From IMG/VR virus record IMGVR_UViG_2671180029_000001: a stretch of DNA of 64,000 bases. One strand, given 5' to 3'. Under the pieces are notes generated by a model, which saw only the letters and a program-made list of their open reading frames with translations, had not been told where the DNA came from and ran no database searches. How positions within the stretch are numbered: the stretch's first letter is position 1; each line of letters starts with the position of its first letter. The position numbers were made by a program, and so were the translations under genes. Positions 17,897 to 27,013 of the stretch are shown here, one piece after another. The DNA comes from a virus. Its lineage: Duplodnaviria > Caudoviricetes.

Positions 17897-19606
17897 ATGA
17901 AAACTTCAACAGCACAAGCATTGGCAGAATTAAACGCAACCGGCCAAGACTTTGAATGGTACCCGACAACCAACGAGATCATCGATACATTCTTTGACCA
18001 TGCGTCAAACTTTGAATTAGAGAGCATCCTTGATGTTGGTTCCGGTGATGGGAAAGTTTTGAAGAGATTTAAAGATAAGCATCTATCGGCACCGAAGCTT
18101 GATTGGGAAACACGTCGACACATTGATTATTTTGCGATTGAGAAAGCTCGGCCACTGCTTGATAGTTTGCCGATCGATATCGGGATTTTGGGAACGGACT
18201 TTTGGGAGCAATCACTACTTGATAAATCGGTTGATTGTATTTTTAGCAATCCACCGTACAAGGAATTTATTGATTGGTCTGTAAAAGTCATTCGGGAAGC
18301 AAATTGTAGTTATATCTACCTTGTGTTGCCGCAACGCTGGAAAGAGCAAAAGCCAATTATCGCGGCTTTGGAATCTAGGAAAGCAGGTTATAAAGTCTTG
18401 GGTGAGTTTGATTTCTTGAATTCAGAAGATCGTCAAGCGAGGGCGAGAGTTGACCTGGTTTATATTTGGTTATGTCACGTTGATTACAGCGAGAAGCGCT
18501 CGAAATATGCTCATGGCAGAACGCAAAATCTGATTGATCCATTTGATTTATGGGTAAAAGAGTTTTTCGGTCTGGAAGAAAATAACAGGAAACTCGACAT
18601 TTCTGAATGCGCTCAAAAAAAAGAAGACGATGAAACTCGGAAGGCAAATATAGAAAACTCGCTTGTTCCGGGCAATGGAATGATTGAGGTATTGGATGAG
18701 CTTTACCGCGAAGAGTTAAACGGCCTGATTGAAAACTACAAGAAGGTTTGTTCGTTGGATGAAGCTCTATTCAAAGAGCTGGATATCTCAGTAAAATCCA
18801 TAATCTCATCGATAAAAGTGAGGGTCAGCGGTCTTAAAAATTCGTACTGGAATGAGCTATTCAGCAATTACTCGCCGCTTACTGGAAGACTCACGGCAGC
18901 TAGTCGAAAGAACTTTATCGAAAGTATTAGACGCAAGACAAACATCGACTTTACCGCGTCCAATGCCTACGCGATAACAGTATGGGCAATCAAGAATGCT
19001 GACGGATATCTGGATAAGCAAATGATCGATACTTTCAAAAGAATGGTCGATTCTGCAAGCATCATTAACTATAAATCGAATGAAAAAGTATTCAAAAAAA
19101 ATTCGTATATGTATTTCCGGGAAGATTACGATAAGCACACGCATTTCAAACTGGATTATCGATTAGTGATATCTCGCACCGGCGGAGGATTGAATCATGA
19201 TAGGTGGGCGTCTCGCGGCGGATTAACCGAAGAGTCAGCAAATTTTATCGATGACTTGATTGTGATTGCTAAAAATCTTGGCTTCAATTCTGATGATTGC
19301 GTAAGAAATCATAATTTCACAGCAGGTCAAAAGGAAGAATTTTACTGCACCACCAAAGCGGGTAAGCACCTAAAATTAATGGAATTACGGGTTTACATGA
19401 ACGGTAATATGCATGTCAAATTTAACCAGTCTTTCATGCTGGCATTCAATGTGGAAGTTGGTAGATTGCGCGGATGGATTCATAACGCGCAGCATGCAGC
19501 TGCTGAAATGGATGTTCCGGTTGAGGAAGTAAAAGAATATCTTAATTCGTCATATTCCCTGGCAAATGATAGTCAGGTTGCCGGTCTTTTAATGCTCGCA
19601 CATTAG
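17897..19606 (+). CDS. Class I SAM methyltransferase with DUF4942-like C-terminus
   Basis: ILDVGSGDG (motif I), NPPY (motif IV), C-terminal RVYMNGNMHVKF. Confidence 0.75.
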   Translation: MKTSTAQALAELNATGQDFEWYPTTNEIIDTFFDHASNFELESILDVGSGDGKVLKRFKDKHLSAPKLDWETRRHIDYFAIEKARPLLDSLPIDIGILGTDFWEQSLLDKSVDCIFSNPPYKEFIDWSVKVIREANCSYIYLVLPQRWKEQKPIIAALESRKAGYKVLGEFDFLNSEDRQARARVDLVYIWLCHVDYSEKRSKYAHGRTQNLIDPFDLWVKEFFGLEENNRKLDISECAQKKEDDETRKANIENSLVPGNGMIEVLDELYREELNGLIENYKKVCSLDEALFKELDISVKSIISSIKVRVSGLKNSYWNELFSNYSPLTGRLTAASRKNFIESIRRKTNIDFTASNAYAITVWAIKNADGYLDKQMIDTFKRMVDSASIINYKSNEKVFKKNSYMYFREDYDKHTHFKLDYRLVISRTGGGLNHDRWASRGGLTEESANFIDDLIVIAKNLGFNSDDCVRNHNFTAGQKEEFYCTTKAGKHLKLMELRVYMNGNMHVKFNQSFMLAFNVEVGRLRGWIHNAQHAAAEMDVPVEEVKEYLNSSYSLANDSQVAGLLMLAH

Positions 19607-19636
19607 AATATTTATGTTTATTTTCAGTTACTTATA

Positions 19637-19664
19637 TTGACCTTTAGGTAAAAAAGTGTAGAAT
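19637..19664 (+). promoter_or_regulatory. Sigma70 promoter upstream of ArdC-like gene
   Basis: TTGACC-N16-TAGAAT. Confidence 0.55.
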
Positions 19665-19756
19665 ATCAATAAGTTGAAAAACTAAATAACAAAAGCCAAA
19701 TCAGGTGGCACCCTGAAATGGCTTTCTAATCAAACTCAATACGAGGGGTATTAAGA

Positions 19757-20542
19757 ATGACTACAATCAATATACAGTTCTCCACACTACTTAGCAACGC
19801 AGTAAACCAGCCCGGCATCATCAGCGAAGCATATTCGGCCTTTCATAATTACAGCCTGGGCAATGTAATGGCGGCTGCGTTCCAATGCGCTGCCAGAGGA
19901 ATTAAACTCGGACCGATCGCAAGTTACAAAGCATGGACAGAAAAAGGCCGGCAGGTCAAAAAGGGTGAGAAAGCAATCGCTCTGTGCATGCCCATCACCA
20001 TGAAAAGCGAGAAGGAAAACAAATCAACCGGCGAAACTGAAGAGCATGTTTTTTCCCGGTTTGTTTGGAAAAATAACTGGTTCGTGCTTTGGCAAACTGA
20101 GGGCGAGGATTTTGCGAATGAGATTCCGGTACCATCCTGGGACAGAGAATTGGCATTGAATGCGCTGGGAATAACTGAGGGAACATTCGATCACTACAAT
20201 GGAAATTGTCAGGGATATGCGTCCGGCGCATCGATCGCAATCAATCCCCTTGCTCAATATCCACACAAAACCCGCTTCCACGAATTAGCGCATGTTGTCT
20301 TAGGCCATACCCTAGAACACACCATGACTGACCACGATACAACGCCTCAAGACATACGTGAGGTTGAAGCAGAATCGGTAGCGTACATTTTGTGCAGTTT
20401 GTTGAGTTTACCCGGATTAGACGAATCTCGGGGTTATATCCAACACTGGCTAAGAAGCTGTGAAATTCAGGAAAAGTCAGCTCAGAAGATTTTCAGCGCA
20501 GCTGACAAGATCATGAAAGCCGGGCAAGTCAAGCCACAATAA
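19757..20542 (+). CDS. ardC: ArdC-like antirestriction protein (ssDNA-binding domain plus zincin metallopeptidase)
   Basis: YSLGN, ASYKAWTEKGRQVKKGEKA, HELAH, EVEAESVAY motifs. Confidence 0.8.
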   Translation: MTTINIQFSTLLSNAVNQPGIISEAYSAFHNYSLGNVMAAAFQCAARGIKLGPIASYKAWTEKGRQVKKGEKAIALCMPITMKSEKENKSTGETEEHVFSRFVWKNNWFVLWQTEGEDFANEIPVPSWDRELALNALGITEGTFDHYNGNCQGYASGASIAINPLAQYPHKTRFHELAHVVLGHTLEHTMTDHDTTPQDIREVEAESVAYILCSLLSLPGLDESRGYIQHWLRSCEIQEKSAQKIFSAADKIMKAGQVKPQ

Positions 20543-20588
20543 CTAAACAAAAGCCCCGCAAGGGGCGAACCAAATAGGAGAAGCAACC

Positions 20589-20867
20589 ATGAAAATTAAA
20601 TTCTTAGCAGATCCCGGTCACGGCTGGGCGAAGGTAAAAAGATCGCTCTTAATTGAGCTAGGTATCGAGAAAGAAATCTCGGCCTTTTCATACCAACTCG
20701 GCGAATGGGTTTACCTGGAAGAAGATTGCGACTTATCTTTATTCCTTAAAACGATCAATGAAAAGGGTGTGAAGGTTGAATTTTCCGATCATTTCGCCAA
20801 AACACAATCAAAAGTACGCAGTTATCAATCATTCCGATCCAACACAGCCCAACAGGTGAAACCATGA
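20589..20867 (+). CDS. Conserved hypothetical protein
   Basis: GGAG RBS; DPGHGWAKV...YLEEDCD motif seen in mobile-element proteins. Confidence 0.7.
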   Translation: MKIKFLADPGHGWAKVKRSLLIELGIEKEISAFSYQLGEWVYLEEDCDLSLFLKTINEKGVKVEFSDHFAKTQSKVRSYQSFRSNTAQQVKP

Positions 20868-21133
20868 AATATTATCTACTATCAATATTAACCAGGTGCG
20901 GTGAGTTTGAATTTTACAAAGATGTATCGATTAAAGTCGAGCCAGACGATGATGTTAGTAAAGCGGCGAGAAAAGTTGTATGTGATTGGTATGATGATGG
21001 TGATCCAGGTGGACGTGACGGACCAGACGCCGATGGGGTGTATTGGTATGATAATGGAAATGATGTCCGTTGCGACAGGATAACGGAAATATCAAAATCC
21101 GAGTACGAAATATTTCAAAAATATTCTATTTAA
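20864..21133 (+). CDS. Hypothetical protein
   Basis: ATGA-coupled to the upstream gene. Confidence 0.55.
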   Translation: MKYYLLSILTRCGEFEFYKDVSIKVEPDDDVSKAARKVVCDWYDDGDPGGRDGPDADGVYWYDNGNDVRCDRITEISKSEYEIFQKYSI

Positions 21134-21206
21134 CTTGTTGTTTTTATTGTTTTTTTTGCAATACTCTGTATAATGAACATATCAACAAATTAAACAGAAA
21201 AAGGAA

Positions 21207-21365
21207 ATGAAGATGAAAAACGCAAAATTAAATAGAAACTACTTTGATCACCAGGTTGGAGAAATAATTGAAGTTTTTGAATTCAGAGGAAACGGAAGAT
21301 ACTACGTAAAGTTTGCAAATGGCGAAACAGACGTGATCGGAAAATCTAGTTTCACATTAGTTTAA
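21207..21365 (+). CDS. Small hypothetical protein (52 aa)
   Basis: Manual: MKMKNAKLNRNYFDHQVGEIIEVFEFRGNGRYYVKFANGETDVIGKSSFTLV, AAGGA RBS, TATAAT upstream at 21169. Confidence 0.5.
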   Translation: MKMKNAKLNRNYFDHQVGEIIEVFEFRGNGRYYVKFANGETDVIGKSSFTLV

Positions 21366-21409
21366 TAATTACCGGCCAGGAGGATCCTGGCAGCTAACAG
21401 GAGAAAACG

Positions 21410-21838
21410 ATGGAAAAAAAATTGTCACCACACGCAGCAGCAGCCCAAGCAATCCGCTCAGAGCTCAAAAAATTAGGCGTCAAAGCCAAAGTAACCAGCG
21501 AAAGATTCTCAATGGGTAACGCAGTAACCGTATATCTGGAAGATATCAATCCGGCTATGATGGAAGCAATAAAAGAAATCACCAGCAAATACCAGTTTGG
21601 GACATTCAGGGCAATGGAAGATTATTACGATATGAACAATGTAATACATGATATTCCGCAAGTTAAATACGTGCATGTGAGCAATCGTCCATCGGCGGCC
21701 ATGAAGGATAAGATTTCCCAGGCATTAATGGCTACGAAATATCCTGGATTTGATACAGCTCAACCTTGGGAAGTCAGCGAATTAGTTCACAACTATTTTC
21801 GCAATGAACAATTCTGGAAAGAACACCTAGCCGCTTAA
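21410..21838 (+). CDS. LPD29-like (large polyvalent protein-associated) domain protein
   Basis: AAQAIRSELKK...VTSERFSMGNAVTVYL...KYQFGTF motif. Confidence 0.65.
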   Translation: MEKKLSPHAAAAQAIRSELKKLGVKAKVTSERFSMGNAVTVYLEDINPAMMEAIKEITSKYQFGTFRAMEDYYDMNNVIHDIPQVKYVHVSNRPSAAMKDKISQALMATKYPGFDTAQPWEVSELVHNYFRNEQFWKEHLAA

Positions 21839-21858
21839 AATTATCCTCACCACAAACC

Positions 21859-21879
21859 AAAGGGGCGTAAGCCCCTTTT
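21859..21879 (+). terminator. Intrinsic terminator
   Basis: AAAGGGGC-GTAA-GCCCCTTTT hairpin with T-run. Confidence 0.6.
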
Positions 21880-21897
21880 ATTACAAGGAATAATGAA

Positions 21898-22074
21898 ATG
21901 GATGAAAAGGAAGATCCTCAGCCACGGCAGGAAGAGAGAAAGTCTTACCTCCATGTCGAGTGCAAACCAGCTGAGAAAGGTCGGTATATCCAGGCAGCGA
22001 AACGAAAAAATATGAAGATGAATGCCTGGATTCTTGAAACATTAAATGCTGAAATTGATAAGAATAAACAGTAG
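21898..22074 (+). CDS. Small ribbon-helix-helix-like DNA-binding protein (58 aa)
   Basis: Manual: MDEKEDPQPRQEERKSYLHVECKPAEKGRYIQAAKRKNMKMNAWILETLNAEIDKNKQ; beta-helix-helix pattern. Confidence 0.5.
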   Translation: MDEKEDPQPRQEERKSYLHVECKPAEKGRYIQAAKRKNMKMNAWILETLNAEIDKNKQ

Positions 22075-22080
22075 TTTATA

Positions 22081-22109
22081 TTGACTATATAACTATATTG
22101 TTATATGAT
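22081..22109 (+). promoter_or_regulatory. hicAB promoter with overlapping inverted-repeat operator
   Basis: TTGACT-N17-TATGAT; ATATAAC-N6-GTTATAT at 22087-22106. Confidence 0.65.
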
Positions 22110-22118
22110 ATACTTACT

Positions 22119-22304
22119 ATGAACGGAAAACAAATCATCAAGAAATTGCAGGCTGAAGGATGGAAGCTTAGTCACATCAATGGCAGTCATCATATGATGG
22201 CGAAAGGTGGGTACATAGTACCAGTACCGGTTCACGGCACTAAGGACGTTCCCATAGGGACATTATTATCAATCCAAAGATTATCGGGGGTTAAATTAAA
22301 ATGA
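22119..22304 (+). CDS. hicA: HicA toxin (mRNA interferase)
   Basis: MNGKQIIKKLQAEGW...GSHH...VPVPVHGTKDVPIGTLLSI. Confidence 0.88.
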   Translation: MNGKQIIKKLQAEGWKLSHINGSHHMMAKGGYIVPVPVHGTKDVPIGTLLSIQRLSGVKLK

Positions 22305-22717
22305 ATACACTTTATCCGGCAATATTTGAACCTCAAGAACCATCGGGATTTCATGTGCAGTTTGTGGATATGGAAAACGTATTCACTTGTGGCGAAACAA
22401 TCGAAGAATGCTTATTTAACGCTGCGGAAGTTTTAACGGGAATGATGGAATGTTTTCTTGAAAATGGAACGGATATTCCACGCCCTTCCGAAAACGTTGA
22501 AGGGGCATATTACATCGCTCCGGAAGTAAAAGTTCAGTCTGCCCTTTTGGTTCGATGGGCAAGAGGTGATAGGTCATTAGCTGATATCGCCCGTGCTATC
22601 GATTCATCCTGGCCGGTTGCTCAGCGCCTGGAAGATCCGCATCACTGGCCCACTTTAAAGCAGCTTGATAAAGCCGCAGCTGCATTAGGTAAAAAGCTGG
22701 TTTTGTCTTTGGAGTAA
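22301..22717 (+). CDS. hicB: HicB antitoxin with C-terminal HTH
   Basis: YPAIF...VQFVDMENVFTCGETIEECLFNAAEVL; overlaps the hicA stop. Confidence 0.88.
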   Translation: MNTLYPAIFEPQEPSGFHVQFVDMENVFTCGETIEECLFNAAEVLTGMMECFLENGTDIPRPSENVEGAYYIAPEVKVQSALLVRWARGDRSLADIARAIDSSWPVAQRLEDPHHWPTLKQLDKAAAALGKKLVLSLE

Positions 22718-22771
22718 GTGATTTGAGAAATTGGTAGATTTGCTCAAAGAATTTGAAAGACAGGACAAAAA

Positions 22772-23023
22772 ATGAAAGAAGTATCCGAAAGAATGAATTT
22801 GAAATTCGGTGAAGTAGCAGGCGCGTATGTTATTTACAGCGTAAGAAACATAAATGAGGGTATGAGGGTTTCGTTTTACAACTTAACTCAAATTTACTCA
22901 AAATTTAACCTTTATGAAGAAGGCAGCACAGATTATCGCAAAGCAGCACAAATTCTGCATGATTTTTGTTTAACCGCTAATGAGGATACAGGTTACACTG
23001 TTTCAGTTTGGTTTGATAAATAG
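22772..23023 (+). CDS. Hypothetical protein
   Basis: AGGA RBS, last gene of the island. Confidence 0.5.
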   Translation: MKEVSERMNLKFGEVAGAYVIYSVRNINEGMRVSFYNLTQIYSKFNLYEEGSTDYRKAAQILHDFCLTANEDTGYTVSVWFDK

Positions 23024-23117
23024 GTGAACGAAGTTTGAAGTGCAATTTTGATGGCAAAGAAATATATTTCAATACTGACTTTCATCCCAATCTAAAATGA
23101 TGTAATTCCACCAAATT

Positions 23118-23139
23118 AAAAAGGGCGCACTAAGCGCCC
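23118..23139 (-). terminator. Intrinsic terminator ending the terminase-portal-scaffold transcript
   Basis: GGGCGC-TTAGT-GCGCCC hairpin followed by TTTTT on the minus strand. Confidence 0.6.
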
Positions 23140-23145
23140 AATTTG

Positions 23146-23583
23146 CTACTTGAATTCAAAAGTTCTGATAGTGCCGCCGGTACATGAATCACGTTTCATT
23201 GCCAATTCAATCGACTCCTTTGCACTAGCACCCATGTCCATTGCAGCTAATGCAAATCGCATGCCGGAACCAACAGCATAGTGATAATTGAGTCTAGGGA
23301 TGTCCTTGTACATACGAGAATGTCCATCGATCTCTTCTATACCGATGATGAGGAGCTTACCTTCAAGAATTGCTATCGCGTGGATATCTATGTACCGCAT
23401 TACTGAGCTTCCAGACTGCGCGCAATGAATAAATTCGTCAGCCTGGCCTATATCCCCAGATATGAAAAAATGATCATTGCCTACATGAAAGTGCTTATCG
23501 ATATTATCATCGATAATTAAATCACCTGCTCTAACACGGCTATCGTACGCAATGATCCCGTCCTTATACGCTATCGTTGTCAT
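23146..23583 (-). CDS. HslV/proteasome-beta-like Ntn peptidase
   Basis: N-terminal (M)TTIAY...DSR, AVGSG, RDSCTGG motifs. Confidence 0.75.
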   Translation of the reverse strand: MTTIAYKDGIIAYDSRVRAGDLIIDDNIDKHFHVGNDHFFISGDIGQADEFIHCAQSGSSVMRYIDIHAIAILEGKLLIIGIEEIDGHSRMYKDIPRLNYHYAVGSGMRFALAAMDMGASAKESIELAMKRDSCTGGTIRTFEFK

Positions 23584-24404
23584 GCAGCTTTAGGTTGTGG
23601 TTTAGGACCGCCGACTGTCGTACCCGCAGACCGCGCCATTTGATCAGCACGTTTTGGATCTTGTGAGTGAACCTCTGCCTGTTTGGTCAAGTTCCACCCG
23701 GTAGCACTCCATGGGTTTTCGCCACCTAAGTTCCCTACACCCTCAGAACCAAATGAATTACCCGATTGACTACCTGGCCACCAGTAACGTTTTTTCTGTT
23801 GCATCTCGGTCAACCACACGGTTGGATCTAGGCCAGGAGTAACGCCAACCTGATCCTTTGTTACCACCCGGCCATCCTCGGTAAGGTCCATCATGGCATC
23901 GGCATACATCAAAACATCGTCATAAGCTTCAGGCATCATTTTAGACGCGATTGCGGCTTCCCGAACCTTGTCATGTATTGTTCTGCGTTTTTCTCGGGCA
24001 GAGAAATCATTCACCTGAGTTTGTGCGGCTTCGAGCTGAGTTTTTAACTGGTCCCGTTCTCTTTCTACCGGGGCAAGCTTCGTGCGTAATCGCCCTTCCA
24101 CCATTTCATTGATTCTGGTTTCATCGATCTTTCCGGATGCTGCCGCTTCCAGCTCTGATACTCGATCGAGCTGGGATAGAATGTCAACCGGATCCTTATC
24201 ACCCAGCACAGCATATTTGTCTTTCGTGGCTTTATGATCCTTGCGCTCCTTCGCCAATGACGTGGTTAAGACGTCAAGATCAGTCTGTGTTTTCATACCC
24301 TCCACTCCAGTCAGCAGATACGATCCGTCTGATTGCTGGGTGTACAGTGAATGAAAATGCTCTTCAAGTCCTTCAAGATTTGGTATTTTGATTTTCAGTG
24401 CCAT
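23580..24404 (-). CDS. Capsid scaffold protein
   Basis: Coiled coil, NPWSATGWNLTKQ tail, position after the minor head gene. Confidence 0.7.
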   Translation of the reverse strand: MALKIKIPNLEGLEEHFHSLYTQQSDGSYLLTGVEGMKTQTDLDVLTTSLAKERKDHKATKDKYAVLGDKDPVDILSQLDRVSELEAAASGKIDETRINEMVEGRLRTKLAPVERERDQLKTQLEAAQTQVNDFSAREKRRTIHDKVREAAIASKMMPEAYDDVLMYADAMMDLTEDGRVVTKDQVGVTPGLDPTVWLTEMQQKKRYWWPGSQSGNSFGSEGVGNLGGENPWSATGWNLTKQAEVHSQDPKRADQMARSAGTTVGGPKPQPKAA

Positions 24405-24416
24405 TTGCGTCGTCTC

Positions 24417-25616
24417 CTAGTTTAAAAATTTACTAACATCCAATCCCGCACGCTCAAAAGCTACCGCGTCCCGCTGCGCGATTTCTTTAAGCGTGAGAGT
24501 TGTTCCGTCTGCATCGATAAATCTGTCAAGGGTCAAATTTCCTTTGCTGAATAATTCGGCTCTTGTTTTCCCCAAGGTATCCAATTGGAAAACCGCTGAC
24601 TGCGTTTTAAGCCAGTCGTTGTAATTCAATTTGGCCGGTACCGGGCCCACCAATTCACGGATTCTTTTCCTCGCCCATTCGTCATAATCGCCCTTGGTAC
24701 CATAAGGCAGATCATCACGTTTTTTGATTGACCCCAGATCATTCTTCTCGGCATATTCCTTGACCAGCAATCTTTCAGTAACCGGCTTGGCTGGCCGCAC
24801 ACCGATATCCTGGTTGATATACATCACACGAGCTGACCGGCAACCGATGTGAATTGGAGGATATGGTCCCTCCCCCGGCTTGAAGGTTTGGCTATCCAAA
24901 CCTTTGCATTGCATCGTGGTTCTGCCATCGAGCATGGCTACATATTCTTCGAGCTCAATAATCTCGGCATTCATCAAACCAACTTCACGCCGAGCATTAC
25001 CGTTGATGTGCTGAATAGCCGTGCGCACCATCATGTTCACTGAATCGCGGGTGTGTTGCGTTATGCCGTCCGTTCCTTTGGCTTTAACCGTTCCGAATAC
25101 CTGCCTGCCTACTTCTTTGGCATCTTTGCCCTGAACGATGCCTTGATTGATCATTTTATTTATCCGCGCGATATCTTTTTCTTCATAATCCTTAACCCAA
25201 TCCTTCAGCAGCTTGCCCTCGAATGGCCTGGCAGTGACAATAGATTTCAACGTTTCCGGGCTCGGTACAACTGTATCGATAATGACCGGCGATACGCTCG
25301 TGATTAAAAGCGTATAAAACTTTGATTCCTGTTCCACAAATGAAAGCGCTTCCTCAGAGAGCAATGTGCCGGCTGAACTCCAGGCATCAGATCTGATTTC
25401 CTTGATAACTTCCTGCAGCCTGGTCAATCGCTCCCAATCTGAACTTGTTACCACTCGTGAAGAGTCCCCGTACTTGTTGAGTAATTTTCCGGCGATTTCG
25501 TCCTCAGTCTGATCAAGCAATTCGTTGATCTTGTTTCTGATGCCAGCCGCATAACGCAGAACGTAGGTTTGATGGCGCAGCGCCGCATCGTACATTTGCT
25601 GATTAGCGGTCTCCAT
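24417..25616 (-). CDS. Minor head protein (SPP1 gp7/Mu F-like)
   Basis: LDGRTTMQCKGLD...PPIHIGCRS motif. Confidence 0.8.
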   Translation of the reverse strand: METANQQMYDAALRHQTYVLRYAAGIRNKINELLDQTEDEIAGKLLNKYGDSSRVVTSSDWERLTRLQEVIKEIRSDAWSSAGTLLSEEALSFVEQESKFYTLLITSVSPVIIDTVVPSPETLKSIVTARPFEGKLLKDWVKDYEEKDIARINKMINQGIVQGKDAKEVGRQVFGTVKAKGTDGITQHTRDSVNMMVRTAIQHINGNARREVGLMNAEIIELEEYVAMLDGRTTMQCKGLDSQTFKPGEGPYPPIHIGCRSARVMYINQDIGVRPAKPVTERLLVKEYAEKNDLGSIKKRDDLPYGTKGDYDEWARKRIRELVGPVPAKLNYNDWLKTQSAVFQLDTLGKTRAELFSKGNLTLDRFIDADGTTLTLKEIAQRDAVAFERAGLDVSKFLN

Positions 25617-27009
25617 CGGTTCCCGTTCTCATTGGCACATCATCTTCCCCAGCAATTGCGGTAATCTCTTCATCAATGGTTTTATCCGTCAATCCACCCT
25701 CTCTCATTCGCTCATGAATGGTTTCTTGTGAAATTGGCGCCCCCATAGTTTTCGCTGTCATCATGTCGATGACATCTTTGGCAGTAATGGATACGTCCCC
25801 GAATTCAGTAAACGGTGTTACGATTACTTCATCCGGATTCAGGCTCATCCACTCAGCCATCATTTTGAGGATGGTTTCCAATGCTGCGCATGATGTTTTG
25901 GCAATCTGGGTAATGCTGGCCGTTTGGGAATTCTTACGAGTTATCAATGCCTCGCCACTTTCAGATGATTTCTTATCCAACAACTTGAGCGCTTTTTCCT
26001 CGGCCCTTTTGTAGTCGTTTTCCAGCGCTAACCTTTCTTCTGTCAACCCCTGGGAATTCACGCCGATGAATTTGGCATCGCCGCCTATACTGACATCCAG
26101 CACCGCACCGGCTCCCGTTCTGACGGTTTCGTTCTCGTTTTCAATCGTTCTCATATGACCGATACGAACCAGGGTATCTTGCGATTGCATGTATAAGTGA
26201 TAGCGATAATTGGCTTCTGATCGATAGATCCCCAAAACCTCATTAACCAGGCCTATAAATGGCGGAAGATCGGGTTTAGTCAATGAATCTTTGGTGTTGA
26301 TAAAAACGAAAGGGATTTTTTCCAGTGACTTTCCGATCAACTGGACTGGTTTTAATTGTGCGGAATCAAATGTGTCTTCAAATACTCCGGTTTGATAAAC
26401 AGATTTGCCCGATTCATTACCGGACAATATGCATACCCGAAACATTTCCTTGGTAGTCCACTGAAGTTCTGAATCAAGTATGGTTTGGGGCTCATATAAC
26501 ACAACCATTTTAAGATTGGCCACCGTTCCGGATTCCAGAATCCCCTCATCCCAATTAGTCACAGACTCAGCGTTGAATAAGGAAATGTAAGGCAAATCCG
26601 TGTTTTCATCGACGTCAAGCAATAACCCCAGACGTCCGGGGATAAGTTGCTCTTCATTGATTCTGCGCAAAAGTCCGTAAACGGTTTCACCCTGCCGTGT
26701 AATTTTCTGCAGTATGGGCTCCATCTTAGTTGGTACCTGGATAACAGGATCTTCCCCATGCATAACTCCAAGCGTATTTTCTACAGCCTGATTAAAAAGG
26801 TCAGGGAATCTCGCACCCTCGATATACTTTTCATAAGAAGCTCGGCCTTTGTCGCCTTTTCCCATCCCATCCAGAACCTGTGCAACGGTAGGCTTTAGAT
26901 AAGTAGTCTCTTTGCGCTTGACAACTCGCTCACCCAAATAAAAATCCCGTGCCATCAAAATGTCGGGTAGAGAATTGTCGTAATCCGGATGTGTGTTTTT
27001 TACGCTCAT
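25603..27009 (-). CDS. Portal protein (DUF4055-like)
   Basis: Likely start MSVKNTHPDY at 27009; YLKPT, directly after the terminase. Confidence 0.8.
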   Translation of the reverse strand: MSVKNTHPDYDNSLPDILMARDFYLGERVVKRKETTYLKPTVAQVLDGMGKGDKGRASYEKYIEGARFPDLFNQAVENTLGVMHGEDPVIQVPTKMEPILQKITRQGETVYGLLRRINEEQLIPGRLGLLLDVDENTDLPYISLFNAESVTNWDEGILESGTVANLKMVVLYEPQTILDSELQWTTKEMFRVCILSGNESGKSVYQTGVFEDTFDSAQLKPVQLIGKSLEKIPFVFINTKDSLTKPDLPPFIGLVNEVLGIYRSEANYRYHLYMQSQDTLVRIGHMRTIENENETVRTGAGAVLDVSIGGDAKFIGVNSQGLTEERLALENDYKRAEEKALKLLDKKSSESGEALITRKNSQTASITQIAKTSCAALETILKMMAEWMSLNPDEVIVTPFTEFGDVSITAKDVIDMMTAKTMGAPISQETIHERMREGGLTDKTIDEEITAIAGEDDVPMRTGTDGDR

Positions 27010-27013
27010 GATT

